From contig NW_024704742.1 of the NCBI RefSeq assembly GCF_018977255.1, positions 92,258,001 through 92,322,000 of the forward strand: a DNA stretch of 64,000 nt, written 5' to 3'. The translations under genes were made by a program, and so were the position numbers. Origin of the DNA: Callorhinchus milii (lineage: Eukaryota). Under the pieces are notes generated by a model, which saw only the letters and a list, made by a program, of their open reading frames with translations, was not told the origin of the DNA and did no database searches. Of the stretch, positions 52,074 through 64,000 are shown piece by piece (the stretch's first letter is position 1; every line of letters begins with the position of its first letter).

Positions 52074-54159
52074 TGGTCTTCATGTAGTTTCTCTTGTGAG
52101 AACTAGGAAAACAAAAGAGAACATCCAACTATGAACAGTTATATTCTCCTCTTACATTTCAAATATTACCAGACCAACCCACTGCTTCCATCTTTAACAT
52201 CCTCTAACTTTCTGAGATCCCAACAAAAAAAACACAAAATCACAACTCCGAAAAGCATTCAATATAAAGTTCGATTTGTTCCCTACAAAACAAATCTTTA
52301 ACTCACTTTGCCAGTTTGAAACCATCAGTGACACTTCACTAGCAAATGTCAACATTTTATTGTAAATGCTCAATATTTGGGCACTGCTGGTGGACCAGCC
52401 AACCTGGCTCGTCGGCTTGGGGCTTGAGAGGGGGAGGGATTCTTCCCACTCAGCTCCCGTTAACCCTTCAAGCCAAAACATTAATGTGTACGGTGGATAA
52501 AATTATATAAAATTATATATTTATAATGATGTGGTCCCAGCTGGATAAGCAATGTTATATACATATATATATACATGGCAATGTCACTTGCCATACAGTG
52601 CTCTTGATGCCCAGCTGTGCAGTTTTAACTTGTTAAAAACCAACTTGCATTTATATAGCGCCTTTCATGAGGGGTAGCGTCTTGGGAGCACTTCCAGTGG
52701 TAGAACCCAACATCAAGCTCGGGGGGAGGGAGGAGGTGACCATAGCACAGTCAATGAGGAAGGTCTTCAGGCATGGACTGAAAATGGGGAGGGAAAACAA
52801 AACAACAAAAACAAAATTACATTTGTACAGCGCCCCTCACGTCGGGAAGATGTCCCAAGGCACTGGACAGACAGAGGTACGGACCCAAGCTGGAAGTGGG
52901 GGAGGGCAGGGAGAGAAGCAGAGAGATCAAAAGTACGGTCAAAGAGAAGGGTCTTGAGATGGGTCTTGAAGGTGGCAAGGGAGAGGGCGAAGCGGAGGGA
53001 CCGCGGGATGGAAAAAAACAGTAGTCCTCAACATACACTTTGGGATTTGAAGCCTTGGTTCTTGCCAACCTGCACCTAATACTCTATGGTTTTAGGTAAG
53101 CAAGGTGCATTCATCGAGGGAAAGTGCCCATTCCATCCGACACAGGGACATTTCCATGTGTAGGTGGCATACATATGTGAAACTCTCAGCCGGTTTGGAT
53201 ACTCTTAAGCATGATGATGGGTTTCTGCATATCAGTCACCCAGGTGACCAAAGAAATTATTTGGATGAAGGAGCCTGGTTCATTTTCTTATAGGATACGG
53301 GAGAGGTATAACTCTCAGATTCTCAAGTGTCACAAAATGTAAATATTAGATCAATCATTGGAAAGCACCCACAAATATCCAGCGGGCGAAATGCAATTTT
53401 ATTTAGTCAGATTGGGTGCTTGACATACTTCTGTTGCCATGCTTAGAAGTATCCAAACCAAACTACCAACTGTTCCACTTATGTATGGAAATTTTCCTTT
53501 ATGAGGAATGAAGTGCACACTCTCTCCCTGAAGGGACCCTCCCTGCTCACCGACCTAATCTTGGGAAGTATTAGGTGCAAACTGGCAAGACCCATGTCAT
53601 GCAGACACAAGAGTGTGTTAGAATACTGCTAGAGTACCCCACCTGTACGTCCCTGTGACCGATCTGTTCCTCCGAGCCCTGCTAATGAACCGGACTGTCA
53701 TCAACGGTGCCCTGGAGTTCTGCAAACCTACCTGACTCAGGTAACCAGGACTACTGAGACCACCACAGAAAGATCAAATGAATTTCAACACTCCATTATC
53801 AGGCGTGTCACCTAGGAGCCAATGTGAAATCTCAATTACCTACACTCAATTATTTCTCTGCCTTGTTCTCTCTCTCTCTTCATGTCCATTTCTGCATGTC
53901 CCTTTCTCACTCTTCCCACATCTTCTCCTATCTTCTCTATCCTCCTTCAGTCTCACACTCCTTTTGATTCTCCCCCCTCTCCATCTATCACTTCATTGTC
54001 CCCTCTATCTCTGCACTACTCTCAACCACAAATGTGTTCTTCCTTTCTATCTCCATTCCGTCCTCTGTGTGTGTCTGTGTCTCAGACCACTTCATCTCTT
54101 TCCTTTGTGTACGTCTCCTTGTACATCTTTCTCTATATACCCTGTGTGACACTGTATAT

Positions 54160-54830
54160 AACAACAACTTTCATTTATACAGCGCCCCTCACACAGTGTA
54201 GCACGTCACCGAGCCGGGGAAGGTGACCGTAGGCGCGATCGAATAGGAAGGTCTTCATGCGTGACCTGAAGATGGGGAAGGAAGAGGCAATTTGGAGAGA
54301 TAGAGAAAGAGTGTTCCAGAATTTTGTGGTGTAGTGCCTGAAAGCGCATTCACCAGTAGAGGAACAGTAGAGGGACATGTAGAAGGCTGGAGCCAGTCGA
54401 GTGGAGGCAGCAGGTTGTCGGTTGGGCAGGTCGGAGAAATAGGGAGGTGCCAGGGCATGAAGGGATTTGAAAACGAGTGTGAGGATCTTGAAATCGATCC
54501 ATTCGGTGATAGGGAGCCAGTGGAGCCTGGCTAGAACTGGTGTGATGGGGTTACAGAGTTTAGTGCCGGTGAGTATGCGGGCGGCAGAGTTTTGGATCAG
54601 CTGGATCCTGTGCACGGTGGAGCTGGAGAGACTGGCAAAGCGGGCGTTTGAGAAGTCAAATCGGGAGGTGACGAATGCATGGATGAGTGTTTCATCTGCG
54701 TCTGGGGTAAGGTATGGTCGGAGCAGGCAATGTGGGAGGTGGAGGAAGGTGGTCCTGGTCAGGGACCGGATGCGGGTAAGGAAAGACAGCCATCGGTCAA
54801 ACCTGATGCCTAGGTTCAGTAAGTCAAGCC
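54160..54830 (-). mobile_element. L2 LINE RT C-terminus and 3' end
   Basis: ORF 54175..54867: ETLIHAFVTSRFDFSN, IQNSAARILT, LHWLPI, FKIL. Confidence 0.9.
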
Positions 54831-55084
54831 AGATATATACCATACACAGATCTGTATTTTTAACCAAATATCTCTCGCTGTCATACCCACTTCCACAAAA
54901 GCAGCCAACTGACTGTCTCTGTTATTATCCAGTCTTAAGAGTGTCTCTCACAATCCCCTTTCCACCACCTACTCACTCCACAACAACAAATTACATTTGT
55001 ATAGTGTCTTTCAGGCCAGGAGGATGTCTCAAGGCAATCCCATCCATCCTCCCATCCATCCATCCTCCACTCAGAGCATCCTCT

Positions 55085-55550
55085 GTGCTCTCTCTATATT
55101 CTGTCTCTCTCTCGCACACACACAATCTCTCTATATAACCGTCACACACACTCTATCTTCTCTCTCATCCTCTCTCTCACACACACTCACCCTTTCTCTC
55201 TCTCATACACTCAGCATCTGTATCTCTCTCTCGCTCTCACCTTCTCTCTCACACTCACCCTCTCTCATACACTCACCCTCTCTCTCTCAGCATCTGTATT
55301 TCTCTCTCACACACGCACCCTCTTTCATACACTCATTCTCTCGCACCATCTATGCATATTTCTCACTCACCCTCTTTCTCTCATACTCACCCTTTCTCTC
55401 TCTATCACAAACACCCACTCTCTCTCTCTCTCTCACCCTCTTTCTCTCACACTCACCCTCCCTCCCTCACGTTAATAATAATAAACATTCTCTCTCACAC
55501 ACACACACAAAAACGTTCTCTCACACACACACACCTGTCCCTCTCTCTCC
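55085..55550. repeat. CT/CA-rich low-complexity tract
   Basis: Degenerate ctctctcacactcacc units. Confidence 0.85.
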
Positions 55551-56345
55551 ATAAGACGTAGGGGCAGGAGTAGGCCATTTGGCCCCTCGAGCCTGCCCCG
55601 CCATTTAATAATATCATGACTGATCTTCTAACCTAATTCCATTTACCCGCCCTATCCCCATATCCCTTAATCCCTCTATCCTTTAGAAATCTATCAACCT
55701 CAGTCTTGAATATGTTCAAGGACTGAGCATCCACAGCCTTCTGGGGTAGAGAATTCCACAAATTCACTACCCTCTGAGTGAAGAAATGTTTCTTCAGCTC
55801 AGTTCGAAAAGGCTGACCCTTAATCTTGAGACTATGACCCCTAGTTTTAGATTCTCCAACCAGGGAAAACAGTCTCTCACTATCTATCCTGTCAAGACCC
55901 TTAAGAATCTTATAGGTTTCTATAAGATCACCTCTAATTCTTCTATATTCTTGAGAGTATAGGCCTAGTGTACTCAGCCTATCCTCATTGGTCAACCCCC
56001 TCATCCCAGGAACCAACCTCGCGAATCTACGCTTCACCCCCTCTAAGGCGAGTATGTCCTTTCTTAAATAAGGAGACCAAAACTGCACACAGTATTCTAG
56101 GTGCGGTCTCACCAAGGCCTTATATAACTGCAGCAAGATTTCCCTACTTTTGTACTCTAACCGTTTTGCAACGAACGCCAAAATGGCATTAGCTTCCTAG
56201 TTGCTTACTGTACCTCCATACTAAGTTTCTGTGACTGGTGTACAAGTACACCCAAATCCCTCTGAACTTGTCTCTCCCCCTCTAGAAAATAATCCACTTT
56301 TCTATTTTTACTACCGAGGTGAATAACTTCACACTTCCCCACGTT
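55551..56345 (-). mobile_element. CR1 LINE 3' portion
   Basis: ORF 55633..56181: LYKALVRPHLEYCVQFWSP, RGDLIETYKIL, FFTQRVVNLWNSLP. Confidence 0.93.
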
Positions 56346-56665
56346 ATAATGATAATAATCTTTGCATTTGATATAGCGCTTTTCACGTCGGGAGGACGTC
56401 CCAAAGCGCTTCACAGAACACACTGTAAAGTGAATTGACTGTATATTTGTGGGCGAACGCGGCAGCCAATTGCGCACAGCAATGTCCCACAAACAGTCGT
56501 AGATTGAAAATGACCAATTTATTATTGTTTTTGGTTTTGGAGGGATTATTATTAGGCTCTGTGTGGAGTAAGGAAACTTGCCCAAGGTTTCGCCCTCTGC
56601 CTGGAATTGAACTCAGGTCTCTCACTTGCAAAGCGAGTGCTCTAACTACTGAGCTACAGGACTCC
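56345..56665 (-). mobile_element. tRNA-derived SINE, young full-length copy inserted in CR1
   Basis: Reverse complement of the 38549 family. Confidence 0.93.
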
Positions 56666-56780
56666 ACAATGATACGAAGATAGGTGGGACAGTAAACTGT
56701 GAGGATGACACATGAAGAATGCAAAGGGAAATAGACCGAGTGGGTGAGTGGGCAAGAAGGTGGCAGATGGAGTCTAACAT
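56666..56780 (+). mobile_element. CR1 RT segment, inverted relative to its continuation
   Basis: The + strand reads DTKIGGTVNCEDDT*RMQREIDRVGEWARRWQMESN. Confidence 0.85.
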
Positions 56781-57010
56781 GGAGTCCTGTAGCTCAGTGG
56801 TTAGAGCACTCGCTTTGCAAGTGAGAGACCTGAGTTCAATTCCAGGCAGAGGGCGAAACCTTGGGCAAGTTTCCTTACTCCACACAGAGCCTAATAATAA
56901 TCCCTCCAAAAAAACCAAAAACAATAATAAATTGGTCATTTTCAATCTACGACTGTTTGTGGGACATTGCTGTGCGCAATTGGCTACCGCGTTCGCCCAC
57001 AAATATACAG
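56781..57010 (+). mobile_element. tRNA-derived SINE, young copy truncated at the 3' end
   Basis: Head and Deu domain present; ends at aaatatacagtc and runs into a CT tract. Confidence 0.9.
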
Positions 57011-57153
57011 TCTCTCACTCTCTCTCTCATACCCTCTCACTCACTCTCTCTCTCTCTCACCCTCTCACTCTCACCCTCTCACTCTCTCACCCCCTCCTCT
57101 CCCTCCCTCCCTCTCTCCCCCTCCCCCCCTCTCCCAGTGTTACCGGGTCTCAC

Positions 57154-57280
57154 CCTCTCGGTGTCTCCACAGTAACCACAGCAGCCGCTCATATCGCGAT
57201 ATGCGGAACGACTAACACGTGACATCACTGCGGCCGCCGCGAACCAAACTATCGCGAGATCTCATAGCCCCGCCCCCACC
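57154..57280 (-). promoter_or_regulatory. FKTN: Probable FKTN non-coding exon 1 and CpG promoter
   Basis: Donor AGG|GTGAGA at 57154/57153; local CpG cluster; TATCGCGAGA (57250-57259), CACGTG (57216-57221), GC box gccccgccccc (~57267). Confidence 0.7.
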
Positions 57281-57829
57281 ACACACAGCCCAACACAGCT
57301 CCCACAGCCCGCCCCCCCACACACACACAGCCCCGCCCCCCCCCCCCACACACACACAACCCCGCCCCTCCCCACAGCCCCAACACAGCTCCCACAGCCC
57401 GCCCCCCCACAGCCCCGCCCCCTCCCCCACAGCCCCGCCCCCCACACACACACAGCCCCCAACACCCCCCCCCCACACAACAGCCCCCAACACCCCCCCC
57501 AACACACACAGCCCCCCAACACCCCCCCACACACAGCCCCCACCAAGCCCCCAACACCCTCCCCCACACACACAGCCCCCAACACCCCCCCCAACACACA
57601 CACAGCCCCAACACCCCCCCCCCACACACACAGCCCCCAACACCCCCCCACACAAGCCCCCACCACAGCCCCCAACACCCCCCCCACACACACACAGCCC
57701 CCCCCACCCCCACCAACACACACACAGCCCCCAACACCCCCCACACACACACAGCCCCCAACACCCCCCACACACACAGCCCCCAACACCCCCCCACACA
57801 CACAGCCCAAACCCCCCCAACACACACAC
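57270..57829. repeat. C-rich minisatellite-like tract (cacacagcccccaacacccccc units) running into an assembly gap
   Basis: Seen directly. Confidence 0.9.
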
Positions 57830-57854
57830 NNNNNNNNNNNNNNNNNNNNNNNNN
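57830..57854. other. Assembly gap (25 N)
   Basis: Run of n. Confidence 1.
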
Positions 57855-57904
57855 CTGTGAACCGTGTGGCACCTGAGCCTGACCTCCCACTAGCCAACTG
57901 CCAC

Positions 57905-58227
57905 ATAATAAGAATAATAATCCTTGCATTTGATATAGCACTTTTCACGTCGGGAGGACGTCCCAAAGCGCTTCACAGAACACACTGTAAAGTGAATTGA
58001 CTGTATATTTGTGGGCGAACGCGGCAGCCAATTGCGCACAGCAATGTCCCACAAACAGTCGTAGATTGAAAATGACCAATTTATTATTGTTTTTGGTTTT
58101 GGAGGGATTATTATTAGGCTCTGTGTGGAGTAAGGAAACTTGCCCAAGGTTTCGCCCTCTGCCTGGAATTGAACTCAGATCTCTCACTTGCAAAGCGAGT
58201 GCTCTAACCACTGAGCTACAGGACTCC
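57905..58227 (-). mobile_element. tRNA-derived SINE, young full-length copy
   Basis: Reverse complement of the 38549 family. Confidence 0.93.
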
Positions 58228-58529
58228 ACAAAAAAGGTACAAGGTCTGGCAGGCAGGGGTTTATGTGATCAGATGTGTCAGTGTTGTTACCTCCTGTTTA
58301 GACTTAGACTAATGCACGCTTCACTGATCTTCCCAGCTCCACCGTTCATAAGCTACGACTCATCCAAAATTCCACCACCTGCATTCTTACCCACACCAAA
58401 CTGCACACCTATCAGCCTAGGCCTGCCCAATGGCTCCCTGTGGAGCAATTTTAAGATCCTCACCACCAACAAATCACTCCATGCCTTAGCATCTCTTTAT
58501 CTCTCCAATCTGGTACCCTCTTCCAAACC

Positions 58530-58880
58530 CAACAACAACAACTTGCATTAATATAGTGCCCTTCACGCGGGGCAGTGACCCAGAGCGCTTGACAGTGGGC
58601 GAGTCTGACCCCAAGCCAGGAGAAGATGAAGGGGGAGGTGACCGTAAGCACGATCAAAAAGCAAGGTCTTTAGGCAGGATTTGAAAGTGGGGAGAAAGGG
58701 GGCAAGGCGGAGGGATTGAGGGTGGGAGTTCCAGAGCTTCGGAGCGTAGTAGCTGAAAGCACGGCCATCGATGGTGGAGCGGAGGGGATGAGGGACGAAC
58801 AGGAGGCCGGAGTCGACCGAGCGGAGGCAGTGGGTGGCAAGCAAATTGGATAGGTAGGGAAGTGCGAGGGCATGCCCTAT
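58530..58880 (-). mobile_element. L2 LINE 3' end
   Basis: ORF 58563..58904: GRAFSYYAPKLWNS and FKSCLKTLLFDRAY. Confidence 0.88.
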
Positions 58881-61749
58881 TCCAAACTTGTATTTGTTGT
58901 GCATTCCTTTACTCTCTGAGGCTGCCGAGCCTTCAGATCTTACAGCCCTAACCTCTAAATCTGCCTTCCTCTACCCCTCAACCCACTTTATATCTGCCTT
59001 TACCTAACACCTCAAAATCAGCTCTTCAAACATACCTCCTCCCTTGCTCCATAGGAAAAATGGACTCTGCATCAGAGTAATTGTTAACCTTTTGGATATG
59101 CATCTCTTTGAGGGCAATGTACCTCTGTAAAGGGACAATACAGTAATAATAATCATTCGGTATAGCGCCTTTCATGTCAGGAGGACATCTGAAAGCACTT
59201 CACAATGTTTACTATGAAATGGAGTGACTCTAATTGTAGATGAACACAGCAGCCCAATTGCACACAGCAATGTCCCACAGACAGCCATGAAACAAATGAA
59301 CAATTTTATTCACAGGGGATAGTTGGCCAGGGCGCTGGGAGAAACTCCCTTCTCTTTTTGAATAGTGCCATGGGATTTTTAACGTTCATCTGAACAGGCA
59401 AGCGGGACCTCGGTTTAACACTTAATCCAAAGAATGGCACCTCCTACATGCAACATACCTGCAGTGGAGTATCAGCCAACATGGGGCTTGAACCCACAAC
59501 CTTCTGACTCAGAGGTGGGAGTGCTACCAACTGAGCCGGGCTGACACTAATAAATGGATTTTAAGGATAATGCACATAAAAGGTACAAGGTCTGGCAGGC
59601 AGGGGTTTATGTGATCAGATGTGTCAGTGTTGTAATTAAGACAGTGCTCTACAAGTCCAAAATAAAAAAAAGTGTTCAATCATTTTCTATCCACCCAGCC
59701 TGTCTGGACTAGAGGAACAGCAGCAAAGCTGAATACTTTGGCGAGAAATCGTATGTAGGTGCAAGCTGGTTTGGCATTTTCCCCAATAGAAAGACTTTAT
59801 TTCACCAAGAATGTATTTTGTTTTGTTGACCCTCACATAACATCTGGAATCTGATATTTGGTACACTGCTGCTAAGGGAAACAATTTGGACTGAAATAAT
59901 TTAGCTGCTAAATACTTGCACTTATTTAGATAGTTGCTTGCTATTTATTTTGCTTAAAAAAAATACAGACCACAATAATGAAAGCCAAATTTCTCAACAT
60001 AGCATATCATTCAAAACAATTCACCTTGTCTCAGTTGGTAGCACACTCTCATCTCTGGGTTAGAAGATTGTGAGTTCAAGTCCCACATCACAACTTTAAG
60101 CAGCAATGATCCCATGATACTATTTGAAAAGAGAAGGATGTATCTCCAAGTCTCTTGGCCAACAATTCTCCAGATAAAATTGCCCATTCACTTCATGGTC
60201 CGTGGGACATTGCTGTGCACAAATTAATGCCAAGTCAGCCTACAAAATACACAGTGACTATACATGGCAGCAATTACATGTGAGATACTTTGAGATATTT
60301 CATCATTATACACATTATATTAAGCCAATGATTATTATCAGTATCATTATAAATGTCCTAAAGTCCCAAGAAGTTTAAACTATTTAATATTAAACTATAG
60401 CTAACTGTACGCAATTAGCTGCTGCATTTCGTCCACAAAATACACAATCAATCCATTTTACAATATATTCTATGAAGCGCTTTGAGATGTCTGAATGACA
60501 CAATGAGGCGCTATATCAAATGCAAGGATTATTATTAGTATTAGCAGTAGTGCAGAGCTAGAGAGAGAGCAATGAAACGTTTTTTGTTGTGGGAATAATT
60601 TTCTAATTTGTAATATATTTAATTTAATACGTGAGATTGGGTTTAGGATAGAATGTGTCATGAGTCATAAAACACTCTGACGACAAGGGTGATCAATTGA
60701 AATACATTTGTTAAATACCTAGTCGGTATTTCCTTCATCTACCATCTGCAAATCTGAACATTCTCCACAGTTTGACATGTATTTCTGCGTCATTTATCAT
60801 CCTCAATTATCATCTGTGATTCAGAATGAAAGGAAAGAACACATGAAAAGTGTTGAAAGCTGAGGCTTGATTCTGAAAAGAACAGGAATGTTAAAATTTA
60901 GAAGAAAAGGTGTCATGACAAAGCTGGCACACTTCCTTGAAAGGGATTCTTATAAGAGGTCCGTGCGACAAGAGAAGACAGGATGTGTACACACAGGGCT
61001 TTGTTATTCATTCAATTGAATTGATCTGTGTGTGTGGCATTTCATTTTTCTTTGGCCGTGGATTTTAGTCTCACATATAATCATTTATTTGGAAAATCTT
61101 CATAACTGATTTTTAAGACAAGTTCTCAAAACTTTTTTTTGGCTAGGCCCCAGGGGTTCTGCTGAATGTCTGACACACCCAGAAATCCATCACCATTCAA
61201 GCTAAACTACCCAGAGATCCTCGCTCGCTGGAGGGAAACACTAGCACTGGTCAACTGTCTGACCTTCCAGAGTCCAATTGCGGTGCCTATCCACAAGAAG
61301 GGTGAACCTTAGTGAAACGGGATGCATGGAATTCTCAGTTTGGTATAGATACTCTTAAGCATGGGGATGGATTTTCAAGTGCATCAGACCCCAAGTGACC
61401 ACACGCAAAAAAATATAGAGGGACATACCCATTCCATCTAATCCTGGAGGCAATGTTGGCGATAGCCAAGACTTGGAGATCCCAAGTCACAAATACCTGC
61501 ATAAAGCTACATAGAATGTTGCAATTTGTTCCAAATAGTCTGTGACTCCCAATGAGCATCCATCCCTCTTAATCACCTCTCCCATACCCCTCTAATGCAT
61601 TGAAGTAGCATCTATACTCCCTCATGTATGAATTCCATTTCCTCTTAAATATGTCACATATAAGATATGTGTCGAAAATGCTGCCAAATCAAGTCACTTC
61701 ATTCCTAATCTCTTAAACAGAGATCACTGACTTGTGCAAACAAATCACT

Positions 61750-62500
61750 TCTGGTCATCTTGGAAAGAAAATAATCTGTACGGTTAATGAAAAGGATCTA
61801 GGGGTCCTGATTGACAATAAATTGGAGCTGTCACAACAGTGTTCGGTAGCAGTGAGTAAGACAAACCAGATGCTGGGTTGTATTAAAAGGCCAATATGAT
61901 CCAAAATAGTTGGGTAATCTGCCACGTTACAAATCACTGTTGTGACCACATTTGGAATACTGTGTGTAATTCTGATCACCACAATATAAAAAGGAAATTG
62001 TAGTGATTGAGAGGATACAGAGGAGGGCAACCAAAATGATAAAGGGGATGGAGGGACTGGATTACGAGGAGCGATTAGATAAACTGGGCATGTTCACACA
62101 GAAGATAAGTTTGAGGGGCGATATGATTATGTTCTTTAAGATTCTGAAGGGAATAGATAATGTAGACAATGATAAGCTATTTTATCTTGTACTGAACAGG
62201 AGAACCAGAGGACACACATGGCCTGCGATTGAAGTGGGTAGCTTCAAAACAAATCTGTGGAAACACTATTTCAGTGATCGAGTAGTAAACTTATGGAACA
62301 GGCTCCCTAGGGAGACGGTGGAAGCAGAAAGTGGTGTTTCAAGAACAAATTAGATAGATTTCTGATAGAAAATATTATCTGAGGATACAATGTACAGTTT
62401 GGGACACAACATGTCAAGCGATTGCCAGAATGGTGGAAGGCGAACTGGATGGACCTTGGTCTTCTTTCACCTAATAAATTCTTATGTCCTTATGTTCTAA
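61750..62500 (+). mobile_element. CR1 LINE 3' portion (related to 617-1506)
   Basis: ORF 62003..62353: IERIQRRATKMIKG, LRGDMI, RVVNLWNRLP. Confidence 0.9.
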
Positions 62501-62959
62501 TGTACAATGCATGCCAATTAAAGCTTAGTGTCAAGGTATCAGTGATTAAGCTCATAGATGGTAAAAACTATTATAAGTTATTATTTGCTATAGATTTTGT
62601 AACTTTTTATTGTTTTATCCTATATCTGCAACACGTCATGCTATTCCTGCACACGCACTCATATAACTATACCCATATTGTTGATATGCATTTAAGCATG
62701 GAAATGCCACCTGCACCTGTTATATGGGTGTTTCTTCTAATTGATTGTGTTTCCCTTGGGTGGAGGGAAAGAGTTTGCATTCCTGTGGATATTTCTGCCA
62801 TATCCTTTTGTCTGTTCTCTGGCTTGGTGTATTGTCACCTTTCTATCTATTCATGTGTAATTATGTGTTCAATGTTGTTGCATCTGTTGGCAATAGACCA
62901 ACAACAGTGTGAATATTTGAAAGAATTTTTGATTCAGTATCACTGAATATAGTTATGAA

Positions 62960-63275
62960 AATCCTTGCATTTGATATAGCAGCTTCTTACGTCTTAAAGC
63001 GCTTCACAGAATATACTGTAAACTGAATTGACTGTATGTTTTGTGGACGAAACATGTCAGCCAATTGTGCACAGCAGTTGCACAAACAGTCATGGATTGA
63101 GTAACCAATTTTTTTTTAGGGATTGTTACCCACGGAAAGCGATCGCCAATTAGATTTCAACTTTTTTGCTAGGTAAACAGAGGCACATGGAGTAAGGAAA
63201 CTTGCCTAAGGTTTCGCCCTGCCCGAGAATCGAACCCGGGTCTTCTCACTTGCGAGGCAAGTGCTCTGACTGAGT
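62960..63275 (-). mobile_element. tRNA-derived SINE, older subfamily
   Basis: Reverse-strand head (aatcgaacccggg...gcaagtgctct) and tail; resembles the 3766 copy. Confidence 0.8.
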
Positions 63276-63699
63276 CAATTTACACTGGATATTGATCCAC
63301 ATTAATCAGTCAAGGAAGGGAGGAATCAGCCTAGCAGGGTAATGTAATGGGCTGTAGACTGCAGCGAGGAAAATGTCTAGGAGTTTGGAGTTCAACAGGA
63401 TAATTTCTGGGAGTTTTGGGAGATATCGTGTTGACTCCACCTCAATGGTGATCTTGGCAATGCTTTTAACTTCCCTGTAGCATATTTGGGGAGACAGCTG
63501 GAATGTGAGATAAATTTTAAAAAGATATAGAGAACCTGCTAGAGGTGTCCCAGGCACACTGGTCCAATGACCCCCTTCTGGACCGAGAAACATTTCATAT
63601 TTCTGTTTAACAGTCGGGCTCAATCTTTGAGGTGTCCAAACGATGCTAAGGCATCTTCACTGCAGTTTTTCCAACATTCTCCTGGAATTTTAAGGCTCC

Positions 63700-63922
63700 A
63701 TTATTTATGGAATTCTCTACCCCAGAAGGCTGTGGATGCTCAGTCGTTGAACAGATCGTTGATAGATTTTTAAAAACTAAAGGGATTAGGGGGTATGGGG
63801 ATACAGTGGGTAAATGGAATTAGGTTAGAAGATCAGCCATGATCTTATCAAATGGTGGGGCAGGCTTGAGGAGCCGAATGGCCTACTCCTGCTCCTATTT
63901 CTTATATTCTTATGTTCCTATG
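63700..63922 (+). mobile_element. CR1 3' end
   Basis: LWNSLPQKAVDAQSLN, then gaatggcctactcctgctcct and ttcttat repeats. Confidence 0.88.
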
Positions 63923-64000
63923 CTCCCCTTGTTACTGGGAGCAGGAATTTTTCCCACTTGGCTCCTGTTAATCCTGTAGGTTGGTCCAGCTTGACAAGCA

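Noticed and set aside
56383..57222. Recurrent ORFs MESCSSVVRALALQ... and MGKFPYSTQ...
   Set aside because: Translations of the non-coding SINE.
57212..57966. Long Gly/Val/Cys- or Pro/His/Thr-rich ORFs
   Set aside because: Artefacts of a low-complexity repeat and an N gap.
60677..60705. Second CTGACGA...GAAA hammerhead-like motif
   Set aside because: Only a 3-bp stem II, with no convincing stems I/III or Penelope context.
60719..60813. Exon-like segment on the minus strand (possible FSD1L end)
   Set aside because: It has acceptor- and donor-like ends but early stops in all three frames and no recognisable FSD1L peptide.

Overview
Eukaryotic (vertebrate) genomic DNA, AT-rich and dense in repeats. 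The repeat content (tRNA-headed Deu-domain SINEs with L2-like tails, L2 and CR1 LINEs, a Penelope-type tail) points to a cartilaginous fish, probably a holocephalan; this is inference. Two protein-coding genes lie on the minus strand in the order known from human 9q31. FKTN (fukutin) has 9 coding exons at 37716-52073 giving 458 aa, all GT-AG and in phase, plus a non-coding exon 1 and CpG promoter near 57.2 kb. TAL2 (bHLH) has its CDS at 16319-16651 and a probable non-coding first exon with a TATA box near 18.7 kb. Main observations: (1) TAL2 appears frameshifted after the bHLH, and the alternative frame carries the TAL2-like tail plus a TAL1-like Ser/Pro motif. (2) One FKTN intron holds an ERV-like insert (LTR end plus tRNA-Arg PBS) flanked by a ~110-bp direct duplication, which creates an in-frame decoy copy of the DxD-encoding exon. 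(3) A 36-bp copy of another FKTN splice acceptor is templated into an L2 tail. (4) A CR1 segment is inverted between two head-to-head SINEs. (5) Two tandem TAL/GATA composite sites lie upstream of TAL2. (6) There is a degenerate hammerhead-ribozyme core in a Penelope-like tail. No prokaryote-type system is present. Repeat boundaries are approximate, and comparisons to human proteins are from memory rather than computed alignments.
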